NCBI GenBank assembly: GCA_031414595.1
Contig: JANNVX010000088.1
Location: forward strand, 128,001 to 192,000
DNA from: Deinococcales bacterium
GTDB taxonomy: Bacteria > Deinococcota > Deinococci > Deinococcales > JAAFIG01
Reading direction: 5' to 3'
DNA: 64,000 nucleotides
The notes under the pieces were generated by a model. The model was not told where the DNA came from and did no database searches. It was given only the letters and a program-made list of their open reading frames with translations. This document shows, piece after piece, positions 19,370-29,816 of this stretch. Numbering within the stretch: the stretch's first letter is position 1; each line of letters begins with the position of its first letter. The position numbers and the translations under genes were made by a program.

Positions 19370-22300
19370 ATGAAGAGATTTCTGCTTGCCGTTTTTCTAC
19401 TTGCCTTATTTGTAACTGCTTGTGGTGGTGTACCACAGTCTGTTCAGAACAGACCTATCGAATCTTATCTTGACCCCAACACAAAACTAGAGGACAAAGA
19501 AAGTCTGCTACAGATTTTGGCACTTGTTACGCCCGAAGCCAGAGACGACATTACTTTTTTAACAGCCAAAGGGAGTGTTTACAGCACTTCGGAGCAAGCA
19601 CGCAAAGCGGGTGCGCTTCTTAAGCCTGCGGGTGAGAATATTTTTGAGTTGCCTGATGGTAGTTTTAGGGCATTTCCAGCTTCTGGTGAATCGCCGAATA
19701 ATCAAAATCTGACCGCAACAGGTGAGCCGTTTAGTGCATTGGATGATTGCTACAGAAAAGGCATAGGTGAAAAGTCTGGACCGATACGTCGGATTACTCA
19801 TGCTCAAGGTACAAAACAAGCACCAACAAACTGGATGAAAGTAACACTTTATTTGCCAAAAGCAGCAGAGGCTAATGGATTTAAGCAACGAATTGCAGAC
19901 GGTAAAACCATGAAGCCTGTGTACAATGCTCCCTTTATTTATGCTGGTGGTTGGGGAAATAAAGGAAGCGGGCAGAGTTATGTAGATGCTGGTTTTCAAA
20001 TGAGTACGGGTGATAAAAATAACGACGCGAGTGACGAATGGACACTGTTTGTAAAGGCTTCTGGAGTTGTATATCTGGATAAAGAATATAGCAAGTTGGG
20101 TCAAGTTTCAGATAAGAAAGAATACCGATTTGCTGGTGGTTCAACAGTTGACTTGACATTTTTTAATTTGAGCGATTTGTTGATTGCAACTGCAAAAGAA
20201 CAGGGTAGTAACCGTTCTCGAGTTATCGCTTTGAGGTTAGCCAATAATTCCAGATGGAGTGGCGATGGTATTGGTAACTGGTACAAAATGATGACAACAA
20301 TTGGACAAGGACGTGTAGAACCAAGTGAACCCGTTCAAAAGTTGGATTCCGTAGGTTTCTTAAAAAATGCCGCCATTAAAAATATGGAAATTGGCTACAT
20401 AGATTGGGGCGTTTTAGACAAGATACTTCGCCGTGAAATTCCAGAAGGAGAAGCTAATGTATTTGGGCGGGACAATGTTACCATCGAACCTCGGGTGGGG
20501 AATGGAAGTAAAGATCAACGGAAAAAATTTATGAACTCAGGGGAATTTACTGATTGTAAATTCCCAGATGACCGAGCCGCTAATGATTTTCGCTTTGATG
20601 TTACTGGAAATACAAATCTGATTTACGATAAAGCTGTTCAGGTTGTTAAGACCAGTGACGGCGAGCTTACATCCATAGACTTGCGAACACCAACGAGTCT
20701 TCAACTTGCAGAAGACAAACTTCCTGTTTCAAAATCAGCTTGGATTCCTGCAATACCTAACCAAACGGATCAACCATTACCAAGTGCTACACCTGATATT
20801 ACAGTAAAATTAAAAGGCAAACCTAAAGCATCAGGGTCAACAGTTAAGACTCTGTTCTTTCAAAACTACGGCAGTCTAAATTCGCTACTCGAGTTCAGGG
20901 CTTATCCAATTGGACAAGTTGATACTGATACAAATTTGCAAAAAGCACTTGATAGAAAAGGACAAACGGGAATTGTTCTGTGGGGCAATAAAAGTACCAA
21001 CGCCAATGAATTAGAAGACATAGCTTCACTCTCTCAATTGGCAACTAAACCCCCTAAGTCTCCGTGGGCGGATGGCTTATATGCCGCTCGTTCGACAGTC
21101 AATTTACGTCGTCCTAATAACATCCGTATGACACGCGGAATAGACCAAACTAAACTTGAGATTGAGGCAACCTGCCCAGAAAAACCTGAATCCACACCAT
21201 ACAAGGCGCGTTTCCCAATTATTTACAGCACAGGCTTGGCTGATGATGGTGTAACACCAGAAACCCCTGCAAACCAAAAATTCTCAACAGTGGATGATGA
21301 GCCTCAAAAAAGAGTTATGTGGGTCAACCTCGAGCTAGAATGTATTGTACCCGCCAAGATTGCAATTAACCCCACACCCATTTCCTTAACAGGCAATGTC
21401 GGCTCGAGTACAAACACCCAAAACCTCACCATTTCCAACACTGGCGACCTTGATTCCACCCTCGAGTACAAACAATTCTTTGTGTCTGAAAACACGCTCG
21501 ACTCGAGCTTACTAAATCCAAGTCCAATTGCTGGGGCTGCTTTGCGACCATTGGCTGTGGTTGTCCCGCCCAGTCTCGAGAATAGTTTAATTCGGGCAAG
21601 TGGCTTTAGCCCAAGCAGCATCAGTACAGGTGAATTAAAAGTGCTGACAGAGGGTACACCAGTCTCGAGTACCGTTTCTGTTTCGTATTTCTGCTCGAGT
21701 GCTGGGACTTTTACGCGGTATATCAATGTGGTCTATAAAACTGGTGCAACTGATGAAGCTGGCATTGAAATTCTCGAGAATGCCGTGGTGAGTGTAGAGG
21801 TGACTTGCGTAAGTGTGGAGAAACCAAAAATACTAATTAGTAAGACACAAGTAAATATTAAAGCAGAACTCAATTCATACAATAAAATTCCATTGATTGT
21901 TAAGAATATTGGTACAGGAATACTTGAGTACAATGGTGGTATTGGTATTGGAAATCGGAGGTTAAATTCTGGTGAAGCAGAAGAAATAAATATCACATTT
22001 TTCTGTGGAACGTTCGGTGATTCAGCATCAGATTACATAATACAGTCGAATGACACGGAAAACATAATAACGTTTTTAGAAATTAAATCACAGTGTTTCG
22101 GTGATTTTGTCCTAAAAGATCAGCCTTTAGTGTATTTTTACGCTGGTGGTGGAGATGATGCAGTATATCAATCATTAAATCCTAAATATCCTTTATACTG
22201 TGGAGGTGATTTATATGCTACGTTCGCAATAAACTACCCTTCTATACGTATTTCCTCGAGTGATTATAGATTTTTTATATCTAATTTATTCAATTTACCT

Positions 22301-22669
22301 TTTGATTATCAAAGTATACTAGCAGACCCAAGCATTCTAAAGGTCTCAAAAGACTCAAACTATCAAAATTTTAAATGGTTTATTTTTGATGTCGAATATA
22401 CTCCTTATTTCAGAGAATATTGGCTGCCTCCAGTACACGGTGATGAGTGTGGTACTCAAGACCGTTTTACCGAGTATTACAGACTAAATGATGAATTAAA
22501 TACAAATTTGCCAATTTATTTTCAAAAAATTATTGAAGAGTATGTAGAAAATCTACCTCAGAATGTTACTTTAACTAATCTAAAGTATGGTGAAAACTGC
22601 AAAGTATACGTTGACCGCTCAACACGATATGCTTTATGCGCCGATATTGTGTATCACCTTGAGAAATAA
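19370..22669 (+). CDS. large lipoprotein (YrpD-like domain, Ig-like repeats, variable AT-rich C-terminus)
   Basis: Lipobox VTAC after MKRFLLAV; PFIYAGG..VDAGFQ motif; N.G...LEY Ig-like repeats. Confidence 0.8.
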   Translation: MKRFLLAVFLLALFVTACGGVPQSVQNRPIESYLDPNTKLEDKESLLQILALVTPEARDDITFLTAKGSVYSTSEQARKAGALLKPAGENIFELPDGSFRAFPASGESPNNQNLTATGEPFSALDDCYRKGIGEKSGPIRRITHAQGTKQAPTNWMKVTLYLPKAAEANGFKQRIADGKTMKPVYNAPFIYAGGWGNKGSGQSYVDAGFQMSTGDKNNDASDEWTLFVKASGVVYLDKEYSKLGQVSDKKEYRFAGGSTVDLTFFNLSDLLIATAKEQGSNRSRVIALRLANNSRWSGDGIGNWYKMMTTIGQGRVEPSEPVQKLDSVGFLKNAAIKNMEIGYIDWGVLDKILRREIPEGEANVFGRDNVTIEPRVGNGSKDQRKKFMNSGEFTDCKFPDDRAANDFRFDVTGNTNLIYDKAVQVVKTSDGELTSIDLRTPTSLQLAEDKLPVSKSAWIPAIPNQTDQPLPSATPDITVKLKGKPKASGSTVKTLFFQNYGSLNSLLEFRAYPIGQVDTDTNLQKALDRKGQTGIVLWGNKSTNANELEDIASLSQLATKPPKSPWADGLYAARSTVNLRRPNNIRMTRGIDQTKLEIEATCPEKPESTPYKARFPIIYSTGLADDGVTPETPANQKFSTVDDEPQKRVMWVNLELECIVPAKIAINPTPISLTGNVGSSTNTQNLTISNTGDLDSTLEYKQFFVSENTLDSSLLNPSPIAGAALRPLAVVVPPSLENSLIRASGFSPSSISTGELKVLTEGTPVSSTVSVSYFCSSAGTFTRYINVVYKTGATDEAGIEILENAVVSVEVTCVSVEKPKILISKTQVNIKAELNSYNKIPLIVKNIGTGILEYNGGIGIGNRRLNSGEAEEINITFFCGTFGDSASDYIIQSNDTENIITFLEIKSQCFGDFVLKDQPLVYFYAGGGDDAVYQSLNPKYPLYCGGDLYATFAINYPSIRISSSDYRFFISNLFNLPFDYQSILADPSILKVSKDSNYQNFKWFIFDVEYTPYFREYWLPPVHGDECGTQDRFTEYYRLNDELNTNLPIYFQKIIEEYVENLPQNVTLTNLKYGENCKVYVDRSTRYALCADIVYHLEK
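21371..21669 (+). repeat. ~300-bp lipoprotein internal repeat (copy 3)
   Basis: Near-identical to 17893-18191. Confidence 0.95.
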
Positions 22670-22717
22670 ACTTTTTTGTTCTTGAATCAGCAATTCCTAG
22701 GGTAACTTGGAGAACAT

Positions 22718-23377
22718 GTGATTTCAGTTCTTATTCCAGCCGCAGGCAGTGGCGAACGCCTTGGCTTAGGTGCAAAAGCCCTACTCGAGTTAAATGGGCA
22801 AACCCTTCTCGAGCGTGCCATAAAAGCTTTTTCTGACATTGCAGATGAGATTATTGTCGCCTTGCCAGAAAATTATCTCGAGTTACCATTGCAAAATGCG
22901 CGTGCTGTGGCGGGTGGCTCGAGTCGTCAAGAATCGGTGCAGAACTTACTGAAAGCTGCAACTGGCGATGTGGTTCTCATCCACGATGCCGCTCGTCCAT
23001 TTTTGCCTAGAGCCGTGATTGAACGAGTTCTCGAGGGCGTAAATTCAACTGGTGCAGCAACGGCTGCACTGCCAGCTTCGGACACCTTGGTTCTCGAGAA
23101 CAACGGCTTGTGGGGCAGTCTGGTGGATCGCTCGAGTATTCGGGCTGTGCAAACGCCGCAGGGTTTTAAGCGTGATTTGTTGCTCGAGGCACATAAAAAA
23201 GCACTTCTTGAGGGCGTGACTGCCACCGACGATGCGGGATTGGTAGCGCGGCTTGGGTTGCCTGTGGCACTGTGTCTTGGCGATGAACGACTTTTTAAGG
23301 TCACAAGGGCTGGCGATTGGGCGTTGGCTCGTGCCTTTGCACCTGTTTGGGATGCTGATAAACTAAGTAATGCGTAA
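22718..23377 (+). CDS. ispD: 2-C-methyl-D-erythritol 4-phosphate cytidylyltransferase
   Basis: IPAAGSGERLG, GGSSRQESV, IHDAARP, VQTPQGF, TDD, KVT. Confidence 0.96.
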   Translation: MISVLIPAAGSGERLGLGAKALLELNGQTLLERAIKAFSDIADEIIVALPENYLELPLQNARAVAGGSSRQESVQNLLKAATGDVVLIHDAARPFLPRAVIERVLEGVNSTGAATAALPASDTLVLENNGLWGSLVDRSSIRAVQTPQGFKRDLLLEAHKKALLEGVTATDDAGLVARLGLPVALCLGDERLFKVTRAGDWALARAFAPVWDADKLSNA

Positions 23378-24203
23378 TGGTATTAAAGAATTTGCTCCCG
23401 CCAAAATCAATCTTGGTTTGGCGGTTACAGGTCGGCTCGAGAATGGCTATCACACCTTGGAAACGTTGTTTTGTACCTTGGATGTCGGCGACACGCTAAC
23501 CCTCGAGCCAACTGAATTGGGAATAGAATTATCTGTCATCGGCGCAGATTTGCCTGTCACTTCGGAAAACTTGGTCTACCGCGCTGCCCAAGTCTATCTC
23601 GAGGCGGCTGAGATAAAAGCGGGAGTACGTTTAACCCTCGAGAAGCGCTTACCGATTGCGGCTGGGCTTGGTGGTGGCTCGAGCGATGCGGCGGCTTGTC
23701 TGCGTGGTTTGCAGCGCTTATACCCAAGTAAAGTGAATTTACATAGTCTTGCTAAAAACTTAGGGGCAGATGTGCCTTTTTTGATTCGTGGTGGCGCGGC
23801 TAGGGCATCGGGCATCGGCGAGATTCTCGAGCCTGTGGCGCTACCTAAAATTCATGTGGTCTTGGCAAACCCAATGGTCGGTATTACTGCCAAAGAAGCC
23901 TATTTGGGTTTGCAAGGGCATTTTGGCTCGAGATTAGAGATGCCAAGTATTCTCGAAGCGCTGAGCAGGGGAGATGTGCCATCCTACCGCAATGACCTTG
24001 AATTGCCAGTCATCAAAGCGTACCCGATTGTCCAAGACGTAAAAAATGCACTTTCTAAAGCTGGACTATTTGCTGTACTGATGAGTGGTTCGGGCAGCAC
24101 TTGTTTTGGTTTGGCGCACAGTCAAACAGAAGCTGCTCGAGTGGCTAATGCCTTGCAACTCGAACAGCCAAATTGGTGGGTCAGGGCAGCCTCAAACCTT
24201 TGA
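23370..24203 (+). CDS. ispE: 4-diphosphocytidyl-2-C-methyl-D-erythritol kinase
   Basis: APAKINL, PIAAGLGGGSSDAA, LGADVPF, MSGSGS. Confidence 0.96.
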   Translation: MRNGIKEFAPAKINLGLAVTGRLENGYHTLETLFCTLDVGDTLTLEPTELGIELSVIGADLPVTSENLVYRAAQVYLEAAEIKAGVRLTLEKRLPIAAGLGGGSSDAAACLRGLQRLYPSKVNLHSLAKNLGADVPFLIRGGAARASGIGEILEPVALPKIHVVLANPMVGITAKEAYLGLQGHFGSRLEMPSILEALSRGDVPSYRNDLELPVIKAYPIVQDVKNALSKAGLFAVLMSGSGSTCFGLAHSQTEAARVANALQLEQPNWWVRAASNL

Positions 24204-24206
24204 GAT

Positions 24207-25325
24207 TTACTTGCTTTCAATTTCGACTTGCACCGCGTTAAATTGGGTGTTTTTGATTTCAAGCATCACAAATGGGCTGGTGATGACTTGCGAAACCATT
24301 CGGTCTGGGCTTGGGGAGATGGTTTCGATCAGCAGATTAAGGATGTTCCCCTCGAGTGTGGCGCTTTTGTAACGTATGCTGTAGCCACCAGTTGGACGTT
24401 GCCCTAAGAATACCGTGACCATACGGCTTTTGCTAAAATCAATTTTTGGAGCAGTTGGTAATGGGATTTGATTGCCAGCCACCATTTTCCATGTCTTTAG
24501 GAAATCGGCTTCGTTGTCATCAAAGCGGGTCAGTAAGTCGCCTTGGCTGTATTCTGAATTGCTGCCTGTCTCGAGGGTCGAAATAATTGGGATGATCAGG
24601 CTGGTGCTGACTGGTGGTTTTGGGGTAACTGGGATTGGGTTGGCTGGGGTAATTCCAGTTCCAGCCACTGGTTTGACAATCGCGGCACTGCGCGGCACAC
24701 CGTACTGCACTGCCAAAACCGAGCGTTTGTAAGTGCTTGGGGCTGGGTCTAAGTTTAGGCGACTTTCTGGAACTTCGCCTTCGATTAAGGTCGCAAGCAG
24801 CAATTCGCCTTTTGGTGTTAAGTATTTACTGAGTGCTAAGGCTTCTTCGCTCGAGAGTAAGCCAGCCCCCAACGGCGACAAACGCGGTGTGGGTTTGAAT
24901 TGGGCAGCTTCTCCGACTTTGATATTGCGGGTAATCGTGAACCATTTTGTGCCATCAAAATAATAAACACTTTGCAGGTTGCGTTTAGCCCGAACTTGGA
25001 TTTGGTCGCCAATAAATGCGCCTTCAAAAGCATTGAGGTTTTGAAGCTCGAGTTTTAAGGTGTTAGAGCCATTGACTGCCAAAGTGCGTGGCACAACAAA
25101 ACCATTTAAGGCAATGGTCACGGGTTTACTTAATTCGAGTCTGCCATTGTTCCATAACAGTGTTTGTGGGTCGCCACTAAAAACCCCGTAACGTTCGCTG
25201 GTTTTGGTGTTGTACAAGGAAATGTCAGAAAAGGTGTAACTGCTACTGGCGGGTGGTTGTTGTCCAATAACACTTCCAAGTCCAAGGGCGGTAGCGATGG
25301 CTAAAAAGGGGAGTAGTGGTTTCAT
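24207..25325 (-). CDS. secreted protein with C-terminal PrcB-like domain
   Basis: Signal peptide; C-terminal 'IDF....VFLGQRPTGGYSI...QVITSPF'. Confidence 0.75.
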   Translation of the reverse strand: MKPLLPFLAIATALGLGSVIGQQPPASSSYTFSDISLYNTKTSERYGVFSGDPQTLLWNNGRLELSKPVTIALNGFVVPRTLAVNGSNTLKLELQNLNAFEGAFIGDQIQVRAKRNLQSVYYFDGTKWFTITRNIKVGEAAQFKPTPRLSPLGAGLLSSEEALALSKYLTPKGELLLATLIEGEVPESRLNLDPAPSTYKRSVLAVQYGVPRSAAIVKPVAGTGITPANPIPVTPKPPVSTSLIIPIISTLETGSNSEYSQGDLLTRFDDNEADFLKTWKMVAGNQIPLPTAPKIDFSKSRMVTVFLGQRPTGGYSIRYKSATLEGNILNLLIETISPSPDRMVSQVITSPFVMLEIKNTQFNAVQVEIESK

Positions 25326-25405
25326 GAGTCATATCCTAATCTAGTTTGCGTTTAGTAGATGTGGATTCACTCATCAAACCCCAAGGTTTCTTTTAGTTAG
25401 GCTAC

Positions 25406-27577
25406 TCAGTTCTCGAGCCAAGTCAGTTGCAATTTGTTCAAAAACAAGGCTTCTTGCGATCCACTCGAGAAAATCTCATTAAATTGGGCTGGGCTGCATG
25501 TTCGCTCGATTTTTTTAGCATAAACCCGTTCGAGTAAAGAAAGGTAATGCCTAACCTCGTAATCTTTTGCCAGCTCGAGCGGACTGGCAGACTCATCGGC
25601 GGGTAGAATCCCGTAACCATGATTGCGACGATACAACCTGATTCTTTCGCCCTTCTGCCAAGTTCGTCCAGCTTCGAGCATTGCTTCATACGCCGCTTCG
25701 CGTAATTTGGCGCGACTGGCTTGATATTCCTGAACAGTTTTTCGCAAACGCACCCGAGTGGCAAGTTCTTTTGCCACAAAGCCTCGAGATTCAATTTTTC
25801 TGCAAGTCTCAAGGTAAATCTGGCGAATTTTATCTGGCTTGTCATGCAGCGCTGCTTCAGCAATTTGCTGGGTAAAAATCTGCATAACAGGTTCAAAACG
25901 GCTCGAGTGAAAATTCACCCCACGCAATTGGACTGTGCCATCGGTTCTAAGCAGTGCATAGTTTTTTATATCATGCGAAAGCATGGCAGGGTAAAGGTCG
26001 TCGAACTCGAGGGTGATGCCTTCGGGTAGAGAATCGGAAATGTTTTTGACCAAGGCTCGAGAAGTGGCTTCGTCCATTTCGGAGGCAAAGAAAACTCCGT
26101 CTGTGTCGGCTTCTAGTAATTTTACTTTGGCATCTCGTAACTGTTTAATCACCTGCTCGAGAATATCCCTGCCCGTCTGGGTGATTTTATCGGCGGCGTG
26201 GCGGTCGGCAAATAAAGCCATTTGTCCAGCCCCCAAATACCCATAAGCGCTGTTTAGCACTAATTTTAGAGCAGACGACATCGCATCGTGGTGGGTGTTT
26301 TTGGTTTCTTTTGACAAGCGTTTATGTTCGAGGCGGCGCTCTAACATCTGTTTGACCAACGAAAGCAGTACGCCCATTTCATCACAACTCGAGCCAATGT
26401 TAAACGCCCGCATCACACTTGGGTAAAGAGAAGCAATATCGGCTTTGACCACGTTTTTTGCCAGTCCAGCATAAAATAAAAAGACTGCCCCGCCCTCGTG
26501 CGGTTTTTCCAAATAGGCGCAATCAGAACTTGGTAAAGCCTGACCAGCCTGCAAGTACGCCCGAACCAGCATCGGCTCGAGAATACCGGTGGCAGTTCCA
26601 GCACTGGAAATCCGTTCATAACGCCGAGGTGCAAGTTTAGACAGCGCAAAACTGGCGGGCATCAGTTTTTGACTGAGCCTGTCCACTTCACGCACATCCT
26701 CTAAAGCGTATGCCCTGACCAAATCTGGATTTTTGGTGTACTGAGCCGCGATACTCGAGCCTTCAAGGTAAACTCGGTTCGGCGAAGCCAAGCCGTAATG
26801 TTTTGCCACATCTTTAAGGCGGTGACTTGGCAATTCCCGAGTTACAAAATCATGTCGCCAAACCGCGTCGAGCGTATCTATAATTTCACGCCCTGCCACG
26901 CTGTAGCGCTCACCTTCACGGCGCAGCACTTTTGGGGTGCGCCCAAGTGTTAAGGCAATTCCATGAACTGCTGCTCGAGCCTCGAGAAACGGCATGTCAA
27001 AGCCATTAATATTGTGGTTCTCGAGTACATCAGGGTCGCGTTCACCAATCACCGAGACCAAATCCGTAATTAAGTCGCTTTCCGTCCCTTCAAGCAGCAC
27101 TTCAAACCCACTCGAGTCACGCACCGCAATTAAAAAAATCTGTCCATCCTCGGGTTTTAAGCTGGTGGTCTCGAGGTCAAATTGCAAACGTTTAAGTTCA
27201 AAAAACTCAAGTCCCTTAAAATAAGTTCGCCCAGAAGCCATTAAATACTGCTCATTCAAGCCAACCGAGTAAAAATTCGGATGTTCACGAGTCAACCCAA
27301 GTACCCGCCGTAACTTAAGCCAGTTCTCGCATCTGACCAAGTATTTGTATGTCCCAGACCCCGGTAACTCGAGCATCTGCAAACCCTGCTTTTCCCAATT
27401 TGGCTCTACTTTTTTGGCATAGACCCAAGGCACAAATCGGTCAGTCTCGAGCAAAAGCTGCCCGCCCACACGTCGCCAAATTTGCACCAAGCCATTTGGG
27501 GCTGTCTCTACCGAAACAATCCCCGAAGTCTCATCCCACCCCTCGAGCCAGTGTATTTGCGAAAACCCTGTATCCAT
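25406..27577 (-). CDS. polB: family B DNA polymerase with 3'-5' exonuclease
   Basis: ExoI FDLET, ExoII NINGFD, ExoIII YALED; polymerase motifs DIASLYPS, KLVLNSAYG, DTDG. Confidence 0.9.
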   Translation of the reverse strand: MDTGFSQIHWLEGWDETSGIVSVETAPNGLVQIWRRVGGQLLLETDRFVPWVYAKKVEPNWEKQGLQMLELPGSGTYKYLVRCENWLKLRRVLGLTREHPNFYSVGLNEQYLMASGRTYFKGLEFFELKRLQFDLETTSLKPEDGQIFLIAVRDSSGFEVLLEGTESDLITDLVSVIGERDPDVLENHNINGFDMPFLEARAAVHGIALTLGRTPKVLRREGERYSVAGREIIDTLDAVWRHDFVTRELPSHRLKDVAKHYGLASPNRVYLEGSSIAAQYTKNPDLVRAYALEDVREVDRLSQKLMPASFALSKLAPRRYERISSAGTATGILEPMLVRAYLQAGQALPSSDCAYLEKPHEGGAVFLFYAGLAKNVVKADIASLYPSVMRAFNIGSSCDEMGVLLSLVKQMLERRLEHKRLSKETKNTHHDAMSSALKLVLNSAYGYLGAGQMALFADRHAADKITQTGRDILEQVIKQLRDAKVKLLEADTDGVFFASEMDEATSRALVKNISDSLPEGITLEFDDLYPAMLSHDIKNYALLRTDGTVQLRGVNFHSSRFEPVMQIFTQQIAEAALHDKPDKIRQIYLETCRKIESRGFVAKELATRVRLRKTVQEYQASRAKLREAAYEAMLEAGRTWQKGERIRLYRRNHGYGILPADESASPLELAKDYEVRHYLSLLERVYAKKIERTCSPAQFNEIFSSGSQEALFLNKLQLTWLEN

Positions 27578-27677
27578 TTATCTAAAAACAGAATAAAACC
27601 CAACTGTGCGAAGAAAGTGAGGAGGGGGAGCAGGGTGAAAAGGTGAAAAGGTTAAAAGGTTTCTCCTTCCTCTGCCC

Positions 27678-29123
27678 TTACTGCCCTTGCCCAAGCGAAA
27701 ACCCGGGTTCGCCATCAAAAGTGCATAAATTCTCGATTTTAATAAAGTCTAAGCCCTCGAGTGCCACCCGTCCGAGCAACCGAACAATGTCTTCATGGCT
27801 GATTGATAACCCTTCTGGCACAGTGAATCTGCCGCGCCAATGGTCGGTTCTAAAGGTTTCTGGGAAGCCTCCGGGCCAGACTTTTACGCCACGGTTGGTA
27901 ATCATCGTCAGTTTCAAATGTTCTAAATTTGCCCGTTGGAGTTGTACCGCCAAATCCTCGGCGGTCTGTCCACGCCAATTGACAAAGACATCCACACCAA
28001 CGGTTTCTTTGCGGGCGGGTAAACGGCGCACCAGCTTGGCGTGGGGTTGACGTTCTAAGTCGGCGGCTGCAAAATGGGTGACGGGTAGGTGTTGTGGTTC
28101 ACGCCCGAGGTTGGCAATCAGGGCATCAGCAAATTCTTGTGTACCAACTTTTTTCTGGCTCGAGTCGGCTTCAAAAATATCGGCGGTGTGGTGTCCTTCC
28201 TCGAGCGTCACCAGCCAAGCATTTTTGATTTTAGCGGCTACTTCGGGTTGTCCAATATGCACCAGCATCAGCACCGCCGCGTTCAGTAAGCCACTCGGGT
28301 TAGCGATGTCTTGCCCAGCAATGTCTGGGGCGCTGCCGTGAACCGCTTCAAACATCGCAACCTCATCACCAATGTTGGCACTTCCCGCCAAGCCGACACT
28401 GCCCGTCACTTCGGCAGCGATGTCGGATAAAATATCGCCGTACAAATTTGGGGCTAAAATCACATCAAATCGGTCTGGGTTCTCGGCTAAACGGGCTGCA
28501 CCAATGTCTACAATCATGTGTTCTTGGCTAATTTCGGGGTACTCTGCGCCAAGTTCGTCAAAAACCTTATGGAATAAACCGTCGGTCAGTTTCATAATGT
28601 TGTCTTTAGTCACGCAAGTGATGTGTTTACGCCCGTGTCGCCGAGCGTATTCAAAGGCATAGCGCACAATCCGTTCTGTGCCGGGTCTCGAGATGAGTTT
28701 TAAGCACTGCACCACTTCATCGGTTTGGCGGTGTTCGATACCCGCATACAAATCCTCTTCGTTTTCGCGGACAATCACCAAATCAATTTTCTTATGCTTG
28801 GTACTGACAAATGGCGCAAAACTTTGGCACGGGCGGACATTGGCATACAAACCCAAGGTCTTACGAATCGTCACATTCAGGCTCTTAAAACCCCCACCTT
28901 GCGGCGTGGTAATCGGGCTTTTAAGAAAAACCTTGGTGCGGCGCAAACTTGCCCAAGAACTCGGTTCAATCCCACTCGAGTGACCACGTTCATAGACCGC
29001 TTTGCCAATCGCAATTTCTTCGAGTTCAAGCTGCGCCCCGGCTGCATCTAAAATTCGCAAAGTCGCCTTCATGATTTCAGGACCAATGCCATCGCCGTGC
29101 GCTACAGTAATAGGAATTTTCAC
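27678..29123 (-). CDS. icd: NADP-dependent isocitrate dehydrogenase (Thermus-type, C-terminal extension)
   Basis: GDGIGPEI, TPQGGGFKSLNVTIRK, KDNIMK, NLYGDILSD, FEAVHGSAPDIAG. Confidence 0.94.
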   Translation of the reverse strand: MKIPITVAHGDGIGPEIMKATLRILDAAGAQLELEEIAIGKAVYERGHSSGIEPSSWASLRRTKVFLKSPITTPQGGGFKSLNVTIRKTLGLYANVRPCQSFAPFVSTKHKKIDLVIVRENEEDLYAGIEHRQTDEVVQCLKLISRPGTERIVRYAFEYARRHGRKHITCVTKDNIMKLTDGLFHKVFDELGAEYPEISQEHMIVDIGAARLAENPDRFDVILAPNLYGDILSDIAAEVTGSVGLAGSANIGDEVAMFEAVHGSAPDIAGQDIANPSGLLNAAVLMLVHIGQPEVAAKIKNAWLVTLEEGHHTADIFEADSSQKKVGTQEFADALIANLGREPQHLPVTHFAAADLERQPHAKLVRRLPARKETVGVDVFVNWRGQTAEDLAVQLQRANLEHLKLTMITNRGVKVWPGGFPETFRTDHWRGRFTVPEGLSISHEDIVRLLGRVALEGLDFIKIENLCTFDGEPGFSLGQGQ

Positions 29124-29192
29124 GGTTTTAGCCTAACGATTCTCGAGCTTTGCAATACCAAGCTAAGTCACAATTGTGGTGGGTCGGCAACC

Positions 29193-29747
29193 TTAACCAC
29201 CCAAAATATCAGCTTGTTTTTGCTCCAAGGTTTTATCTACTTTTTGAATGTGTTCATCGGTAATTTTCTGCACATCGGCTTCGCCACGTTTGACATCATC
29301 TTGGCTGGCAAGTTTGTCTTTCTCGAGTTGCTTTACGGCTTTATTGGCATCTTGGCGGACATTGCGAATCGCAACTTTGGCTTCCTCGGCGTATTTATGG
29401 GCGGTTTTCACCAAGTCCTTACGGCGTTCTTCGGTTAGTGACGGAATCGTAATATAAAGCGCATCGCCTTTATTGGCGGGGTTTAACCCAAGGTCAGAAT
29501 CGCGGATGGCTTTTTCGATACCACTTAAGCTGCCACGGTCAAACGGTGTGACCACCAGTGTTCTCGAGTCCGGCACAGTAATATTTGCCATTTGGTTAAT
29601 CGGCATCTCCGAGCCGTAATAATCCATGGTTACTTTTTGCAGCATTCCGGGGTTGGCTCGTCCGGTGCGAAGCACACTTAAATGATGCTCCAAGGCTTCG
29701 ATGGCTTTGCTCATGCGGGTTTTCGCGTCAGATATAATTTCTTTCAT
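29193..29747 (-). CDS. frr: ribosome recycling factor
   Basis: [24 protein letters not shown]. Confidence 0.97.
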   Translation of the reverse strand: MKEIISDAKTRMSKAIEALEHHLSVLRTGRANPGMLQKVTMDYYGSEMPINQMANITVPDSRTLVVTPFDRGSLSGIEKAIRDSDLGLNPANKGDALYITIPSLTEERRKDLVKTAHKYAEEAKVAIRNVRQDANKAVKQLEKDKLASQDDVKRGEADVQKITDEHIQKVDKTLEQKQADILGG

Positions 29748-29778
29748 AACGCGCTATTCTACCTGAAATCTTTCTAAA

Positions 29779-29809
29779 AAAAAGAAGCCCAATAATTGGG
29801 CTTCTTTTT
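29779..29809. terminator. intrinsic terminator after pgk
   Basis: AAAAAGAAGCCCAA-taa-TTGGGCTTCTTTTT hairpin with U-tracts. Confidence 0.85.
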
Positions 29810-29816
29810 AGTATTT

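Noticed and set aside
27634-27660. GGTGAAAA x3 short tandem repeat between icd and polB
   Set aside because: Too short and degenerate to assign a function; no spacers.
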